Below are positions 11,481-26,600 of a stretch of DNA of 64,000 nucleotides, in pieces. The position numbers and the translations under genes were made by a program. The number at the start of each line of letters is the position of its first letter. Within the stretch, counting starts at the first letter, position 1. Under the pieces are notes generated by a model, which saw only the letters and a list, made by a program, of their open reading frames with translations, was not told the origin of the DNA and searched no databases. The DNA comes from Callorhinchus milii. Taxonomy: Eukaryota. The DNA lies in NCBI RefSeq assembly GCF_018977255.1, contig NW_024704742.1:62312001-62376000 (forward strand), in the 5' to 3' direction.

Positions 11481-13925
11481 GAGATCTTAATCAGATCTTA
11501 GTACACATCCAGGATTAAGTCATGTACTCTTGATGGTTCCCAGGTATTGCATTAGGGCCACATGAGGCACTGGACAGTCATTTGGGAATTAATGAAAGTA
11601 ACATAAAGAGGTTTTCCTTAAGCCTCCTGAATTTCGAGGCAGCCCAGCTCATCGGTAAGACCTGTAAGGCAAAGCAGTCAGTGGGAGCAGGGCTTCTTCA
11701 CACTCAGCTACTGTTCATCTTGCAAGTCAAAGCCCTAACATAGTCCCAGCTGGATAAGTAGTGGGAAGCTTGCCAGACAATTGTAATTTATGCGGTATTA
11801 GCTGGTTAACTCCAGCAATACCCCCAATGAACACTCTGAGGTCCTCAAACTTTGGGTTTTACCAACTTGCAGCTAATCCTCTCCAATTTAATAATCCTTG
11901 CATTTTTTTTGCATTTGAAATAAGGCCTTATCACGTCTTCGAGATGTCTCAAAGAGCTTCACAAAATATACTGTAAAGTGAAATTTACTGTATATTTTGT
12001 GGACAAAAGCTTAAGTAACCAGAGTGCAGAGTGTTCATTCCATTCAAGACACAGGGAAATTTCCATGTGGTGATGGGTTCCTGCATGTCACCTAGCTGAC
12101 AAATCAAAAAACAAATCAAAAGAGAAAATTTTGAACAAAAAAGTGGAAAAACAAGTTCCTTGAGTTTTTTTTAATAAATAATAAGTATAAGTAATATTCT
12201 CTTAACATTTTTATATTCTGTTCTGGTCAGGAACATTGAACTTTAATCCTAACGAGTTTCCATCCTCTTGTAATATTAGCTTTGGATAGATTATTTGGGG
12301 AATTGTGTTTGTCCCTCAGGTTCATCAGTAATTTAATGGATGTCAACAAAACATCTCCTTTTTATTGATAACACTCTCCATAGAGTAGTAAATTTCATAT
12401 CTGAAAAAACAAATAAGAACTGTATTGTGAATAGTGAGTGGACAAATTAAAGTGTGATCTTCAACATTCATGAGATCAAATCAATTACAGTTCTATTAAG
12501 AAATCTTGACTGAAGAATCTTTACCCACTCATTTCAGCAAGCACCTCTATTCAACCTTAAATGTATAATTCTTCATCACATCACAAGTGGCAAAAAGATA
12601 GAAAAGATGGCAGAGAAGGAATTCTCAAGATATATTTACCTTATTTACTTCAGAAAAAAACCTTATTGATAGAATTCTGAAGTCTGTTTGGCAAGCTGCA
12701 GATAAAACCTCTCTCTTCCTTTTAGATCTCAGTACTATCTGAAGCCATGCAGATGAGTGAACCTATGAGAGTATCTGCCTATATCCCAGAGTCCACCCTC
12801 TACAATATCGAAGAAACGTGATCAGACTGTCAGTCCATTGCAAGATTATAACTGGAGCAGTGTTATAAGGATTGCTAAAATTTAAAGCAGTCCTCCTTAT
12901 TTATGGCATGAACACATGTTGGTGAAACCTTCAGTATCAACTGTATATCAAACCAAATATTCTTCATGAAATTTCAGAAACAAAGTTTCAAATACCATAT
13001 CTCTTGCCTTACTCTTCTCCAACTATTAGTTATTGAATGTATTTTTGTCCCTTACATCCAGATATTTAATTTTGGAGAGCTCAAAAATAGAGAGCATAAA
13101 TATAAGGTGGCTAGTTTAGGAGGTTTTTCCTGTAAGGCTCTTTGGGACCCTTCTCTCGACTTGAAAGGCATGTAATAATATTTTTATTATAAAGTACTTC
13201 TTCACATAGAGGGTGATGAGAATGTGGAACCCACTGCCGGAAGCTGTGGTTGAAGTAAATAGCATCAATGTATTCAAGAGTAAATGTAATGTGATGCTTC
13301 TTTGGAGTAAAACACCAGCTCGGATGAGTTAAACTGTAGGGCCTGTTTCTGTAGGATATCACTCTATACAACTCTATGTAAGTATGTAACCATCTACGTC
13401 TGTATCAGAACTTGTAGCAAGTTTCCAGGTCTTTTGAACTCCCAGAGACCTGTGGTAAATTACTTGAAACTTTTTTTGCTGCTTAATATACAAATGTAGA
13501 TTACATTTTTCCAACCATGTTCTCCCTTGCCACCTTCAAGACCCATCTCAAGACCCTCTTCGACCGTGCTTTCGATCTCCCTGCTTCCACCCCTGCCCTC
13601 CACCCTCCCCCACCCTGACCCCCAGCTCGGGTCCATAACTGTCCAGCGCCTTGGGACATCCTCCTGACGTGAAAGAGGCTTTACGAATGTCATTTTGTTG
13701 TTGTACATTAAAGCTCATTCTCCAACTATTGCTGTGCTGAAATTGACTCCTGCATTTCCTTCCAGATAGTCGCTACACTGTACATTTAAATTACAGTAAA
13801 TTAAGACTGATTTTAAGATGTTTCCAAAATTCTGTGTGACTTTACATTTTAAGACCATGTCATTAGGCTAAGCATTTTATATATAAATATATATAATGTA
13901 TTGTAACGTTTATAGTATTTGATAT

Positions 13926-14244
13926 GTTCTTGTAGCTCAGTGGTTAGAGCACTCGCCTTGCAAGCGAGAGACCTGAGTTCAATTCCAGGCAGGGCGAAAC
14001 CTTGGGCAAGTTTCCTTACTCCACACAGAGCCTAATAATAATCCCTCCAAAACAATAATAAATTTAATAATAAATAATAAATTTCAATCCACGACTGTTT
14101 GTGGAACACTGCTGTGCGCAATTGGCTGCCGCGTTCGCCCACAAATATAGTCAATTCGCTTTACAGTCTATTCTGTGAAGCGCTTTGGGACGTCCTCCCG
14201 ACATGAAAAGCGCTATATCAAATGCAAGGATTATTATTATTATT
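13926..14244 (+). mobile_element. tRNA-Ala-derived SINE, short subfamily
   Basis: A box tagctcagtgg, B box gagttcaattcc, stem-loop tail and (ATT)n. Confidence 0.9.
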
Positions 14245-14934
14245 AATATTGATGAATCTGAGGGAAGTTGACTATTGGGGAACAATGTATTTTCTTCTTT
14301 AACTTTTTTCATAAAAGTGGCCCTGAGTCAATTAAAATTTACAAGCATTTGTGTTGTTGGAAAGAGGTTGCACCATCGTTGACCTCAATACCTATATCCA
14401 CACAAATGCGTTTGAACACGTATCACTAAATAATGATCAGGAATCATTGACAAGTATTGTTATTTCACTCTCAGAATATAGAAGAAGCCTTAGTAATGTA
14501 TCATTCATGCAGTGAAAAATGTTTCTGTCATATATTTTGAAAACTGTTATAGGAATCAATTAATTTACAGCCTCAGTGAGCTTTACAGCATCCAAATACA
14601 TTCTACATAGTTACATAACATAGAGTGTTTTATATAATGACATATAAATTTGTTGAACTGAATCACATTCAACACAAGTTATGTTTCCTACTCAACATAA
14701 ACAGATTTACAATTTCTGATATCATCAAGGCCCTCTTGGAATACAGCCTTGTGATGTACTGTTATTTTAAATATAATGGCAAGCAATAGTGTTTTGTGAC
14801 ATATTGTGCTATATTATAAATCAATAATATTGATTGGATTGACTTACAAATTTAAATCAAGCATACACAAGCAAGCAACTGATGAAACAGCTATTATTTA
14901 AAATAAAACATACTGCATTTATGCTCTTCTATCA

Positions 14935-15365
14935 GGATAGACTGGATAAGTTAGGCCTTTTTTCGCTTGAGAAGTGATGTTTTAAGGGGAGACGTAACAA
15001 AAGTGTTTAAAATTATAAAATTTTAAATTTATAAGTTTGATAAGGTTAACATAAATAGGTTATTTCCACCAGTTGGGGAGTCCGTGACCAGGGGATACCA
15101 ATATAAAATAGAGTATATAAGAGATAATTTAGGAGGAACTACTTCATGTACATGGCCGTGTGATTGTGGAACTCTGCCTGAAACAGTGGTTGAAAATCAT
15201 TTACAAGATACATTCAAGAGGAAGCTAGACTTTCACATGGGGACATGGGAATAGAAGGATATGGGAGGGAGTAAGGAATGGGTGAGGACTAATGTGAAAA
15301 TAAACACCAGTACAGACTGGTTGGACTGAGAGGCCTGTTTCCGTGCTACATTCTTTGTAATCTTT
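14935..15365 (+). mobile_element. CR1 LINE 3' fragment; smaller CR1 ends at about 13195-13380, 16555-16790, 21370-21560, 27520-27780, 41375-41505, 51058-51200 and 61605-61800
   Basis: Decayed RLDKLGLFSLEK / LRGD / VFKII / WN remnant and a CR1-type 3' end (gg..gaatggcct..ttctgtgctgta..ttctatg). Confidence 0.75.
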
Positions 15366-18300
15366 GAGATAGATGAAATTGTTAGCTGAGGTAGATATGG
15401 TAACACAAATGCAAGTTAGCAAAATTATAAAAATGAGATTTAATACCAGAAAAAAATTAGCATTGGGATTAGAAATTTATGTTTGCTTTTTTTTCCCAAG
15501 TCAGAAAATCTATCATTTTTCCCTCAAGGGGTTTCTGTTTTGTAGCTTTAATCTGGGATAACTACAAATAAGCATGGGTGGATTGAAAGGTGCTGCCAAA
15601 TACACCATTGATTTTCATTGGGGCACTTTAAGGTGTTTTCAAATCAGAAAACAGTTACAAACTAATTTTCTTTAAAAACAAAACCCACAACAATAAAATA
15701 AGTAGATTTTAAAAAATCAGTTTATCTAAATTCAACAATTTTTAAATTGAAACACTGGGTTTACCGCCACTAAAATGAGCTTTTTCAACATATTGTTGCT
15801 ATATATAATGCATATACTACATACCATATTTGGATGGTGATGTTTTTAGTATTAAAATTATATTATTTTAATATTGATATGTGTACTCAAATCTGAGCTA
15901 CAGTGCCATTGATCAAAATATGAAAGAAAAATATTTGTGCCATAGCACAAGTAAAGAACATTAACAATGCCATTTTTAAATTGTCTCAGTCTATACTGAT
16001 GATGAAACTTCATGATACTTTTACTATCAGTCTTGTAATCTTATTAGCTTGGACTCTTAAATTTAACACTAGATACATGCAATTAATAATTATGGTTATA
16101 CAAATTTGTGAAATTGTTTATGAAACAAATAGACTGTACAACTATATGCAGGATGTATAACAAATGATTTTGTCATTGTTTACCAAACAGATGGACTGTC
16201 ATGGAAAAAAAATGAGAAGACATTTTTTATCGAAAAACAATTTTAAAAAGCATTGAAAAGGCTTCACTTATCTTGTGTGTGGTTTTTTTCATAGTGTTCT
16301 TTGTCATTCTATCTCAGGAGTAGTTTTGCTGTATTCCTCATCTATTGTTGTTGTAATAGTTTCTGATTTATGTGCCATCATATGACCTTGTCACAGAGGG
16401 TCTCTTTAACTAGTTTGTAATAAGTTGATCTATTGGTTGTATATCCCATGACAAAGCACTTATTCTTATTTAGTGTTTGTAAGCCAATGCAGTAGCAAAA
16501 TGCTAAAACAAATTTTCCAATTATAATACAGTATTTAGAACCCTAGTAATTTAAAACATAGAAGAATGCCATTCGGCCATTATGCCTGTGCTGTCTCTTT
16601 TAAAGAGCAATTCTTTCAGAAACATTTACTTGCCCTTTCCCCAGATTTTGGCGTTAGATATCTGAATTAATTATTATAGGAACATATGAACATAGGAGTA
16701 GGTGATTCAGCCCCTTGAGCTTGTTCCACCATTCTATTAGATGATGGCTGATCTGCATCTCAACTCCAAATACCCACCTTTGACCCATGATATTTGATTA
16801 TTTCATTGCTATTTCTGATAGATTTTTGATGGCAAATGGCAAAAATGATTATAGGAATGAGCTGTAGCCTTGAGTGGTTAAAGCTTATAATCAACTGGTA
16901 ATTTGGAAGAAATGTAACTAATGCAGGGCAATATATAGTAAATTGTTAAAATTTACCACAAGGAAAAGGAATATTGATGACTTGCTGTTGATTTCCAGGT
17001 TTAATATTTACTTTAATTTCAGTTAAGCCAAGGGTTCTAGCCATGCCAGAGATGAATGTTTTCTTTGAGTATGTCCAAAGAGTACAAGCATCCATAAAAG
17101 TGAATCCTGTACTGCTTTTTTATGTACAACTCTAACATCAAACGCTCTGAGACGCTACCCGGCATGAAGCACAAAAAAATGCTGTTTTTGTATCTGGTCC
17201 CATCTGCCTGTTTATGTTGACATTAAAGGTTCTGTGCCACTGTGCAAAAAGAGAAGATGGTTTCTTCCACTGTCCTGGACAATAATCCCCTAGATAACAT
17301 TGCTGATTCGCTTCATGGTTGTTTGTCAGACATTGCTGTGCACAAAATGTGCTGTGGACTGGATCTTCCAGGCCATCCTGTGAAGGACTTTGAGATGTAC
17401 GCCCAACCTTAAAGGCGCTAAATCAAACGCAAGGATTATTATTACTATATTAAACTGTTGCTTAATCCGGGCAAACTATGGTGCTGACATATACACCACA
17501 GATTTTTCAGATGGGCACCCTAAATTTTTGTGTGAAACAAGATTGCATAAGCATTTTGAGAACTTCTCCCAGCGTGGAAGATAGTATATAACTGTTGTTG
17601 TTGGTGCAGTGAGTAGAATAAGGCAGATGTGGAAAAGGAAATGAAAGTCTGGGTGCAAGATTTAGTGAATGGAATAGCCATGAAACCTAGCATAGGAATG
17701 ACTTGATTTACTTGAACTGGGTGCCAATTTGGCACAATTTACTGCATCTATAGTCAGACTGAGGTAGGTTGACTGACTAACTGATGTTTGCTCCAGAATG
17801 ATTTCCATAAACCAGAGTTTTTATTTTATACCCAGCAGGATTCCAAGATTCAGAAAAGGCTGAAGTATTGTGAAATAAAGCTACAGCAATGTGAAGCCCA
17901 TTGATAATAATAATAATAATCCTTGCATTTGATATAGAGCTTTTCACGTCTTCTAGATGTCTCAAAGTGCTTCACAGAATATACTGCAAAGTGATACTCA
18001 AGAGTACTCTAAATGTACAATAGAAGCAATATTCATAACGCTATATGTTGATATGAAAGGGAGCAGGAAAGAAATTCTTATGTGTTTCCACTGTAATTAG
18101 ATTAGGTGTCAGTCTAGTAAGTAGCACTCTTTCCTCTGGGTCAGAAGTTTGTGTATTCAAATGCTTTATCAGAGACTTTATGCTCCTAATCCAGGCCGGC
18201 ACTCCAATCAGTGTTGGGGAGCGCTGCATTATTGGAGATGCTATCCTTCGGGTTAAACAGAGAAGCCATCTGCCTGCTCAGGTGAAAGTTAAAAAACTTA

Positions 18301-19704
18301 TGCCACTGTTTGAAAGGAGAATGGGTTTTCCCTCACTGTCCTGCCAACAATCCAGTTAAATTAGTCATTCACTTCCTGGTTTGGGACGTGTTATCAAATA
18401 CAGGGACTACTGTTTACTGTGATGATTGCCAGTATAAATTTGATGAGTTTTAACATGTGCCTTAAATATGGTGCATGTGCTTTGATGCAACTGTTTGCTG
18501 CTGGGAGAGAGACAGAAGTGGGTACCAGATTCTAGAGATTTGTTTTTGTCTAATTCTCAGTTCATATAAGATTTGTTTCCGTAGAAATTCTGCCCAAAAT
18601 GAATTGAGTCGGAAAGTGTGTTGTCTTCTGCCACAATTAGGGGAGAATCACAGACTTTATCCAAATTTAGGACTAGGAGAACTGCTCAGGGGCATACAAA
18701 GGAACAGTAGAACTAAGAGCATATGAAGGAAACTGCCTGGGTTACAAGCTGATTCAATACAACAGTGAGCTAACTGCCAAGGATGTCTGCAAGTCACCAT
18801 GAAACATGCACTACCTGTCGCAGTGCACATATAAATTTATGTCTGCAGTGTAAATCTGATTAATGGAGCAAAACCAATTATAAAAACTCACCCTTTTGAG
18901 ACCTGGATCCGTTCCAGTTTCCTGCTTATATCAATAGTGTAAATCAGGAAATCGATCACTGGCAGTACAAATACTTCAATGTGCAGTGCAGCATGACTTA
19001 AGTTGCTGTTTAATCTGATAAAGCGCACTTGATAGTTCCTGAGTTAATTTTTGTAGTAGTCCTATTGTGCGCCACAAAGCACACCCAGATGCTTTAAATT
19101 TATTCAAACTGGTGGATCAAAAAGTTTGAATGAGAAAAAAAGTCATTTAGTTTTCCTTTCATGGACAATGCAAAAAACAACTCATCCTATTATGGATTTC
19201 ATCTCATTCAGTGGAACTTCTGTATGGATCTTTCCTGTTCCCCAAAGGTGATTGAGCAATGATTCCACAAGGTTTAACCTTCCCTGCATTCCTACTTTTC
19301 AACCCCGATTTATGTTCCTCCACAGATGTATTATCTCTTCTCCAATTCCTCCCCATTCCCTGGAGCACAATATCCATTCTGTTCCTTTGCATGTGTTTAT
19401 GCAGCTCTGCACTCTCATTCCAAGTTAAATAGCTTGCATGCATCAACTTCATCTATGCTTCAAGGCATTCAAAGAATTGGATTATTTGTTCACTCAATCT
19501 TCTTTTCTCCAATGAAACAATTTCAAATCTGTGAGTCTTTCCTCTTGACATAAAATCCCATGACACTACTTGAAAAGAGAGGGTTATTTCTCTCAGTGTC
19601 CTGGCTAACAAATCCCCAAGTAAAATTTATCACTGACTCTATGGCTGTTTGTGCGAATTTGCTGTAAACTGGGGAGAAAGGGGAAGTAAACATTCATACG
19701 TGCA

Positions 19705-20220
19705 GTCGAAAAGGAAAATCTTCAGGTGCAATCTGAAAATGGACAAGTTGGGGCAAGGGGTAGGGATTGAGGCAGAAAGTTACAGAGGTTTGGGATGTAG
19801 TGGCTGAAAGGACCGCTGCCGTATCGTGCCTACAGTCACCTCCCCATCCCCCCAGCTCAGTGTCAGGCTCCGCCACTGTCAAGTTCTCTGGGACACTACC
19901 ATGTGTTGTTGCTGATGGTGGAACAGAGGCCGAGGGACTTGCTGAGTAGAAAAGTGGGGTATGAACAGGTTGGAGCAGTAGGGATGTCCTGAGGCATGAC
20001 ATGATTTGTAGGTCAGTGTGAGGAACTTGTGGTGCTCATGTGGAATTTAGTATGGGTGTGGATATGTTTTCAAATTGGACTTTGTGAACGGTAGAGTTGG
20101 GGAGACTGGTACAGAGTACATTGGAAAAATCGAGATGGGAGGTGACAAAAGCATGGATGAGAGTTTCAGCAACTTTGGTTGTGAGGTATGGTTGGAGGTG
20201 AGTAAAGTGGCAGAGATTCT
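19705..20220 (-). mobile_element. Old L2 fragment with a short opposite-strand L2 tail inserted at about 19822-19911
   Basis: Similar to other L2 copies in the window. Confidence 0.65.
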
Positions 20221-22420
20221 GCTATTATTACACAGGACAACCTGTTATGGCAGCGATTGTCTGAGTCAAATAGCTCAGAGGCCATAATTATAAATAAAAC
20301 ACAAAAAATGTCTGACTTCGTTTATCTCCCACTTTATCTTTTATATTCTATATCTATTACATTTACTGTTTTAATTTTTAATTGTTTTGCCCTTAAAATA
20401 TCTTCTGTGTTTTTTTTCTACCTCTTTCATTTTAACATGGAATTTTGAACTTGGATTTGCATAACTATATTTGGATGTTTTGATTCTCTAAAGACTGAAT
20501 TTGAAGACTATTTTTTGCGCCAGGCTAAAGATTAAACCTTAAGATATGACCCTACTGATTTCAATGGAACATAGAGGTGAATTTTTTATTTGCTCCTTTG
20601 GCTGACATTCCCAAATTTATACCGCCGACAATATAATTCAATGACATTCTAATAATTTCACCAAAATAAGATATATTGTTACCAGCATTGGAATGGTTGG
20701 TAATGTATATTCAATCTTTTGAATAGATACATACCTAAATGACAAGGAGCGAAAAAAGGGCTAGATGCTTGTCAAGTTGCTCCTGGGAGAAATTCCTTTC
20801 TTGTTTTCTGTTATCATGTTGTTAAACCTTTTGCTGAAAGTCAATGCAACTGTCACAAAATATCTTCAGTCTGAGTGATAATTTGGGCTTTTTGGCTGTG
20901 TAGATAGTGATTTGAACTAACAAGTCAGTGAAGGGAAAGAGATTGGAGAGCTAATTATTTTTCTAAGTGAAATCTTCCGCAGTTTTAAAGAATTTGTGTT
21001 CAGTTATTTCCGCAAACATAATTTGTAAGCATTATTGTGTTCTTGATGGCAGGAATTGCACAAATAACTGTGGCTGGGTTCTTGTGATAATGCTGTACTT
21101 TTTGACATAGGATTTTAGTAATTGGAGTAGGGATAATTATTCCATGCTATACCAATGACATCAAGAGGGTTAGATATTAGAACAAGTAGAATCATATAGA
21201 ACTTGTAAAAATTTTCCTTTAAGGCATTTATTTATTTCAGTCGTCTCTTCCAAAGATAAAAAAATCACATTCAGGAAACATCCAACATACAGACAAACAA
21301 GAATTTATGAATCTGCAGCTCTCTTTAACTGCAGCTAAATTCAAGCAGTCGAAGAATATTACAATAATGCAAGTCATTCAGCCCATCACACATAGACTGG
21401 CGTTTTCTCCGCAAGTGCAACCTCATACTACTTTCCTGCTCATTTTCTATTTTCTTTAATATTCCTCTTAATATAATCCATCCTTGAATTCCCTTTTAAA
21501 AGAATATATAGACTCTGCGTTAGGAACAGTGTTGGGAGAGAACTCCACATTCCAACCACCAGCGTCTGTAAAATCAGACATTTCAAAGTGGTCATTATAT
21601 AGGTGACAATGTATTTCTCTCAGGTTTCTCAAGTCAAACAAAAAAAGATTGTGTTTTTGTTGATTTATGGAGCAATGTTAGTGCAAAGCCTTTCTGCAGC
21701 AGTTTACTGATGCTTCTGTCAGATTTGAATTACAATTCCTGGAACGACAATGGCTCAAGATTACCAACTCTTCATCTCTCTCAGTTTACATTGAAACTAA
21801 GAGCAACATTACATTGTTTTATTTGCAGCTTTCTTCAACAACTGATAACAATTTGGACATCAAAATGGTTTATTGCTTGATTTCATTGTCTGATAAAGAG
21901 ACAAATATCATCAATGAATATGAACCAGAATTTGTGGAACAAATGCATTTGGCGAAAATATCTCTAAACAAAAATAACTTGCTCTCCCACTGAGTCCGGT
22001 TCCCATGCAGTGGGAGAGCAGCTCATTATTTGTTATTTGTGATCTGTAGCTGATGTTGGGTCAGCGTGCATAGAGAAACACAATTAAAATCAATGTTGAA
22101 CACACTTAACAGAATAACTAATATTTAGTCCTCTACCTGAAAGGACCAGAAAACATTTAAAATTCATATTTATTTATTTATTTTCCATCCTTCTTATTCT
22201 ACTGCTGTTTCATTTGATCTTGAGGTAATAAATAGGACGTGCACTCTTGTTGTTAGGGGTGAGGGCGGTCATTTTGAGTTTATTTATCCTTCTCTTTTCC
22301 AAAGCAATTAATCATTGATTGGCCCCCTCTCCTCTGGTAGTACCTAATCGTTCTGTGATTTTTAAATAATTTTGAAGATTTGATCCATGACTCCATGACA
22401 GTTGGATAAAGCTGAATTAG

Positions 22421-22620
22421 AATAAAAAGGCAAAATCCTGCAGATGCTGGAAATCTGAAATAAAAACAGAAGTCGCTGGGAATGCTCAGCAGATCAGGCA
22501 TCATCTATGGTGAGATTTTCTGACGATAGGTCATTGACCAAAAACATGAACCCGCTTTCCTCTCCCCATACATCTCCGTAGAACACGCTGAAGGTCAGCA
22601 GGCTGCGTGTTCCCAAAGTT
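22421..22620. mobile_element. Penelope-like palindromic terminal-repeat remnant with a degenerate minimal hammerhead motif
   Basis: ctgcagatgctggaaatctgaaataaaaacaga...ctcagcagatcaggca matches a repeat I recall from shark genomes; it is followed by ctgacga-ta-ggtc-att-gacc-a-aaaac. Confidence 0.55.
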
Positions 22621-23012
22621 CAATTTGTAACCTGGCGGTTTTGTTCTCTGAAATTTTGTTACAATTTTTGATTTTTTGCAAATTTTTTATATAGTTCCTT
22701 ATCCTATTAATGGTTCACAATATTTCACATAATTAGCTTTTGAAATAGTACAACCTTTGTTGTGTAGATAAATACAGGAGCTAATTTAGTGGCAGCAATG
22801 TCCCACAAACAGCAATAAGATGAATGAGCAAATTCATCCGTATTTATTGGTTTACTCTATTTGCGCTGAGACAAATATTGACCAAGGCTCCTACTCCTAA
22901 TTTCCACTTCCTTTTGAAATAGTGCCATGGGATTTTCAATGTCAAAATAGGCAAACAAGTCTTCATTTTACTGTCTCATCTGAATGCTGCACAACACAGC
23001 TGTCATTCAGTC

Positions 23013-23660
23013 AGTGGCAGCCTCACTCACCTGGTAGCACTTGCCTGAATCAGAGGATTGTGGGTTCAAGCTGCACATTGAGACTTTTGAGATTAATGTC
23101 TACTCTGATACTTCAGTGCAATGCTGCATTGTCTGGGGTTCCGTCATTCACGTGAGATGTTAAACCCGAAGTCTGTTCAGGTTGATATTAAAGAACCCAT
23201 GATATTAAAGAATCTATGAGCCATTTAGGAATGAAATCAGGAAGCATTTTATCATGCAAAGGGTAGTGGAAATCTAGAACTCTATCCCCCCAAATAGTTG
23301 TGGATACTGGATCTGTTCAAATTTTCAAGACTGAGGTGTATAGATATTTGTAAGGCTATCAAGGGACATGGGGCAAAGGTGAGTAAATAGAGTTGAGTAC
23401 AGATCTAAAAGAATGGCTCAACAGGCTGAATAGCCTGCTTTGTTCCTATGTTCAATTTGAAAAGAGAAAGGAATTTCTCCCAGTGTTATAGCCATTGATC
23501 CTCCAGTCCAATTGATCATTCACCTTTTGGCTGGCTGTGGATATTGCAGTATGTAAAATGTCTGCAATGTTTGCCTAGACGGTTATTACACTACAGACAA
23601 TTCTGAGACATTTTGACATGATATGTCCTATATCAAATGCAAGGATTATTATATTATTAT
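23013..23660 (+). mobile_element. Deu-domain SINE interrupted by a CR1 3' fragment (about 23212-23452)
   Basis: SINE head and core up to aaagaacccatga, then a CR1-like segment ending ggctgaatagcctgctttgttcctatgttc, then the SINE resumes at tttgaaaagagaaagg. Confidence 0.65.
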
Positions 23661-26600
23661 TATAAGTCATTATAACAATGATTCTATAGTAATTCCTGTG
23701 ATCTTGTATACTCAATCAGCAATCAGTGATGTTGAAACCAAAATGAACAGCACACAAGGATGTGACTATGGTGCTGAATCACTAAGGCGTGGGACATGGA
23801 TGAATGGAATAGGTAAGGTGCGGTACATTACAGGATAAGTTTTGAATACGTGCGAAAGGTGTAGACTTGATCATTATATGCTATCCTTTGTTCTTTTCAG
23901 ACAGTTGAAAAACGCTCTAAGAAGCCAAGCCTTGAAGGTTAAATAGCTTTAACTTCAGAGGGGATTTATTGAAACTTCAAAATGCCGTCCAACTGCACTG
24001 AAGCTTACCAGGACGCATTCCACAGTTAATAATTCCATGATCTCATCAACACATAAACAAACATGCTCTATAGTTTTCTTGACTATCTATCCTTATCCTT
24101 ACAACTTTCATTACTATTCCAATCAGATTTTTCGCCCGAATTTCTAAAAAAAGAAATTAATCAGTGTTGGCAAACGTTTTTCAGCTAAATGTCAGCAAAA
24201 CCAAGCCATTTCTGCTTGGCTCCCATCAGAGCCTTCTCACTGTAGGTGCTGACCTCATTGATCTTCATGGCTGCTCACTCCATTTTCTCCCATAAAACAC
24301 AGTGACTGCACTTTATCTGTGAAGTGCTTTGAGATATTCTCCCGAAGTGAAAGGCGCAATACCAAATATAAGGATTATTATGAACAGTAGTATCTCGTGG
24401 AGCCAATGTGGAATCAATCATGTTTGACTCCCAAATATCTTCTAAACCCTAAATCCAGGCTTGCATTCGCTCGGCTTTCTTTCACCTCTGCAACACAGCC
24501 TTGCATTGCCGAGATGCTTATTGTTCCATTCCTTTTCTTCACAGACCAAATATATTGCAATCTACTACATTATGGACTCCAACACACCTGCTCATCTGTA
24601 AATAACTTGTTTCTCTTTACTGATCTGACATAGCTAATGGTTATCCTATCTGTAGTATAGTAATTTGTTCATGGATATTTGTGTCTTTCACACACTAATA
24701 GTCTCTAAAAAGACAGCTATTTTGTTAAGAACCAGTACTTTTGATTCTAAAATAACTACTAATTAAATTGTAAGATGGACTACATGGCTCTTTGTGAGAC
24801 TTTGCTGTGATCCAATTGGCTGCCACGTTCACCTACAAAATATACAATCACCACACTTGTTTCCTATGAAACATTTTGAGACATCCACTGAACATGAAAG
24901 GCATGGTGTCAAGTGCAAGCATTAGTATTAAAAAAAATTGGTCACTCAATCTGCGTAATTGGCTGTCATGTTTCACCCACAAAAAGACACAGTCAATCCG
25001 CTTTACAGTATATTCTGTGAAGCGCTTTGAGATGCCTCAATGACACGATAAGGCACTATGTCAATTGCAAGGATTATTATTATTATGACAATAAATTACC
25101 AGTTATTTTAGAAAGTGCTGGGGTAGATAATATCTTCCTCAAAAAGCTGCAAACATTGGGTATGTCTGTCAACCGCATGATCAGTCGACCTTGCCTCCAA
25201 ACACGTGACAATATATTTTGGGGGGGAGGGGGGGCTCAGCCACATGCGGAAACCCATGACCATGCTTAAGAGTATCCAAATCAAGTTGAGAATTCCATGC
25301 ATCCCACCTACACATAGGAGATAGATTGTTGGGGTGGAATACGCACTCTCTCCTGGAGGAACACGTCCTGCTTACCTAATTTCTGAATGTATCAGGCGCA
25401 GGCTGGCAACTGACAATATACAACAGAATAGTTACAATGATAGTAAATTGGTTAAATACTATAAAGTATAAGATCCTAGACAAAAAGTCTCTTCTCATCG
25501 TCTTGGAGAATGGCATTTTTTTTACATATTCTTGATTACTTTAGTTAGGATTTGATAATTTTATACTGTAATGTATCACCATGTAAAAACTCGGACCCTG
25601 TGTGCTGACAACATATAGTTAAGAGAAATGGAATGTCTAGTTAAATTATCTTTTAATACCTTTGAAGGTAGATTTTCTAATGAAAATAACATTACATGCT
25701 CATATTCAATACTCAGTTTTGGTCCCTGAACATTAAGAACACGATTGTTGAGAATGATTTACTTAATTCTTCCACATCCAGTGACAGTAATAGAACAACA
25801 ACTTGGATTTATATATAGTGCTCTTTATGTAGGGTAAAGTCTTGTAGCACTTTAATAACAAACTATGAATCGTATATTTCATATTGTTCCAAGATCTACA
25901 AATTTTGGGTCAAAAAGCTATTTTGCCTGATTGAAAAAGACGAACCATGGTTTGTCCATGGGCCATTGCTTCAGAAACTGCACGTACTCTCACACATAAC
26001 CTCATCTATAACTTAACACCTGCCAATACTTTTACGAGAACTTGCTATTTGGATCAAAGACTTAATGACACAATAGGAATTACAGTAAATCTCTGAGCTT
26101 TACATCAGTCCTGGATCAAAGAGACTGCTTTCTACACTAACCTTTAAAATGGCAGAGGAACCAAATTGTCTTATTGCAATTCTATTGTACATGAGCTCTT
26201 TCTAACCTACAAATTAGTGACAGCAAGCTTATATTAATTTGATTGAAGAGTGGTTGTGGTTAGATTTGCTAGGAAATAGTGATACTTTCTGTAACACAAG
26301 ATTCAAACCTACCAAGAAATAGAAGTTGATCAGGCTTTCAAATGTGCTAGTGCCTCAACACAGTGGATTCTAATTTACTTTTGAGTCTGATGGGCTAGGG
26401 CCATTCTGGTCAAATCTAATGTGAAACTGAGCTGCTCATCTCTGTGGTTTGTTTCAATTGGAAGATACATGTACTGTTTCCATTTGCCTGGTATTCAAAT
26501 GTCTGACTAGTAGTCACATAAAACTGTATTGGAAGAATCATAGGGAATTGCATACTTCTTTCAGTGTATGATTTCTGTTATTGGATTTGCCCTTCAATAA

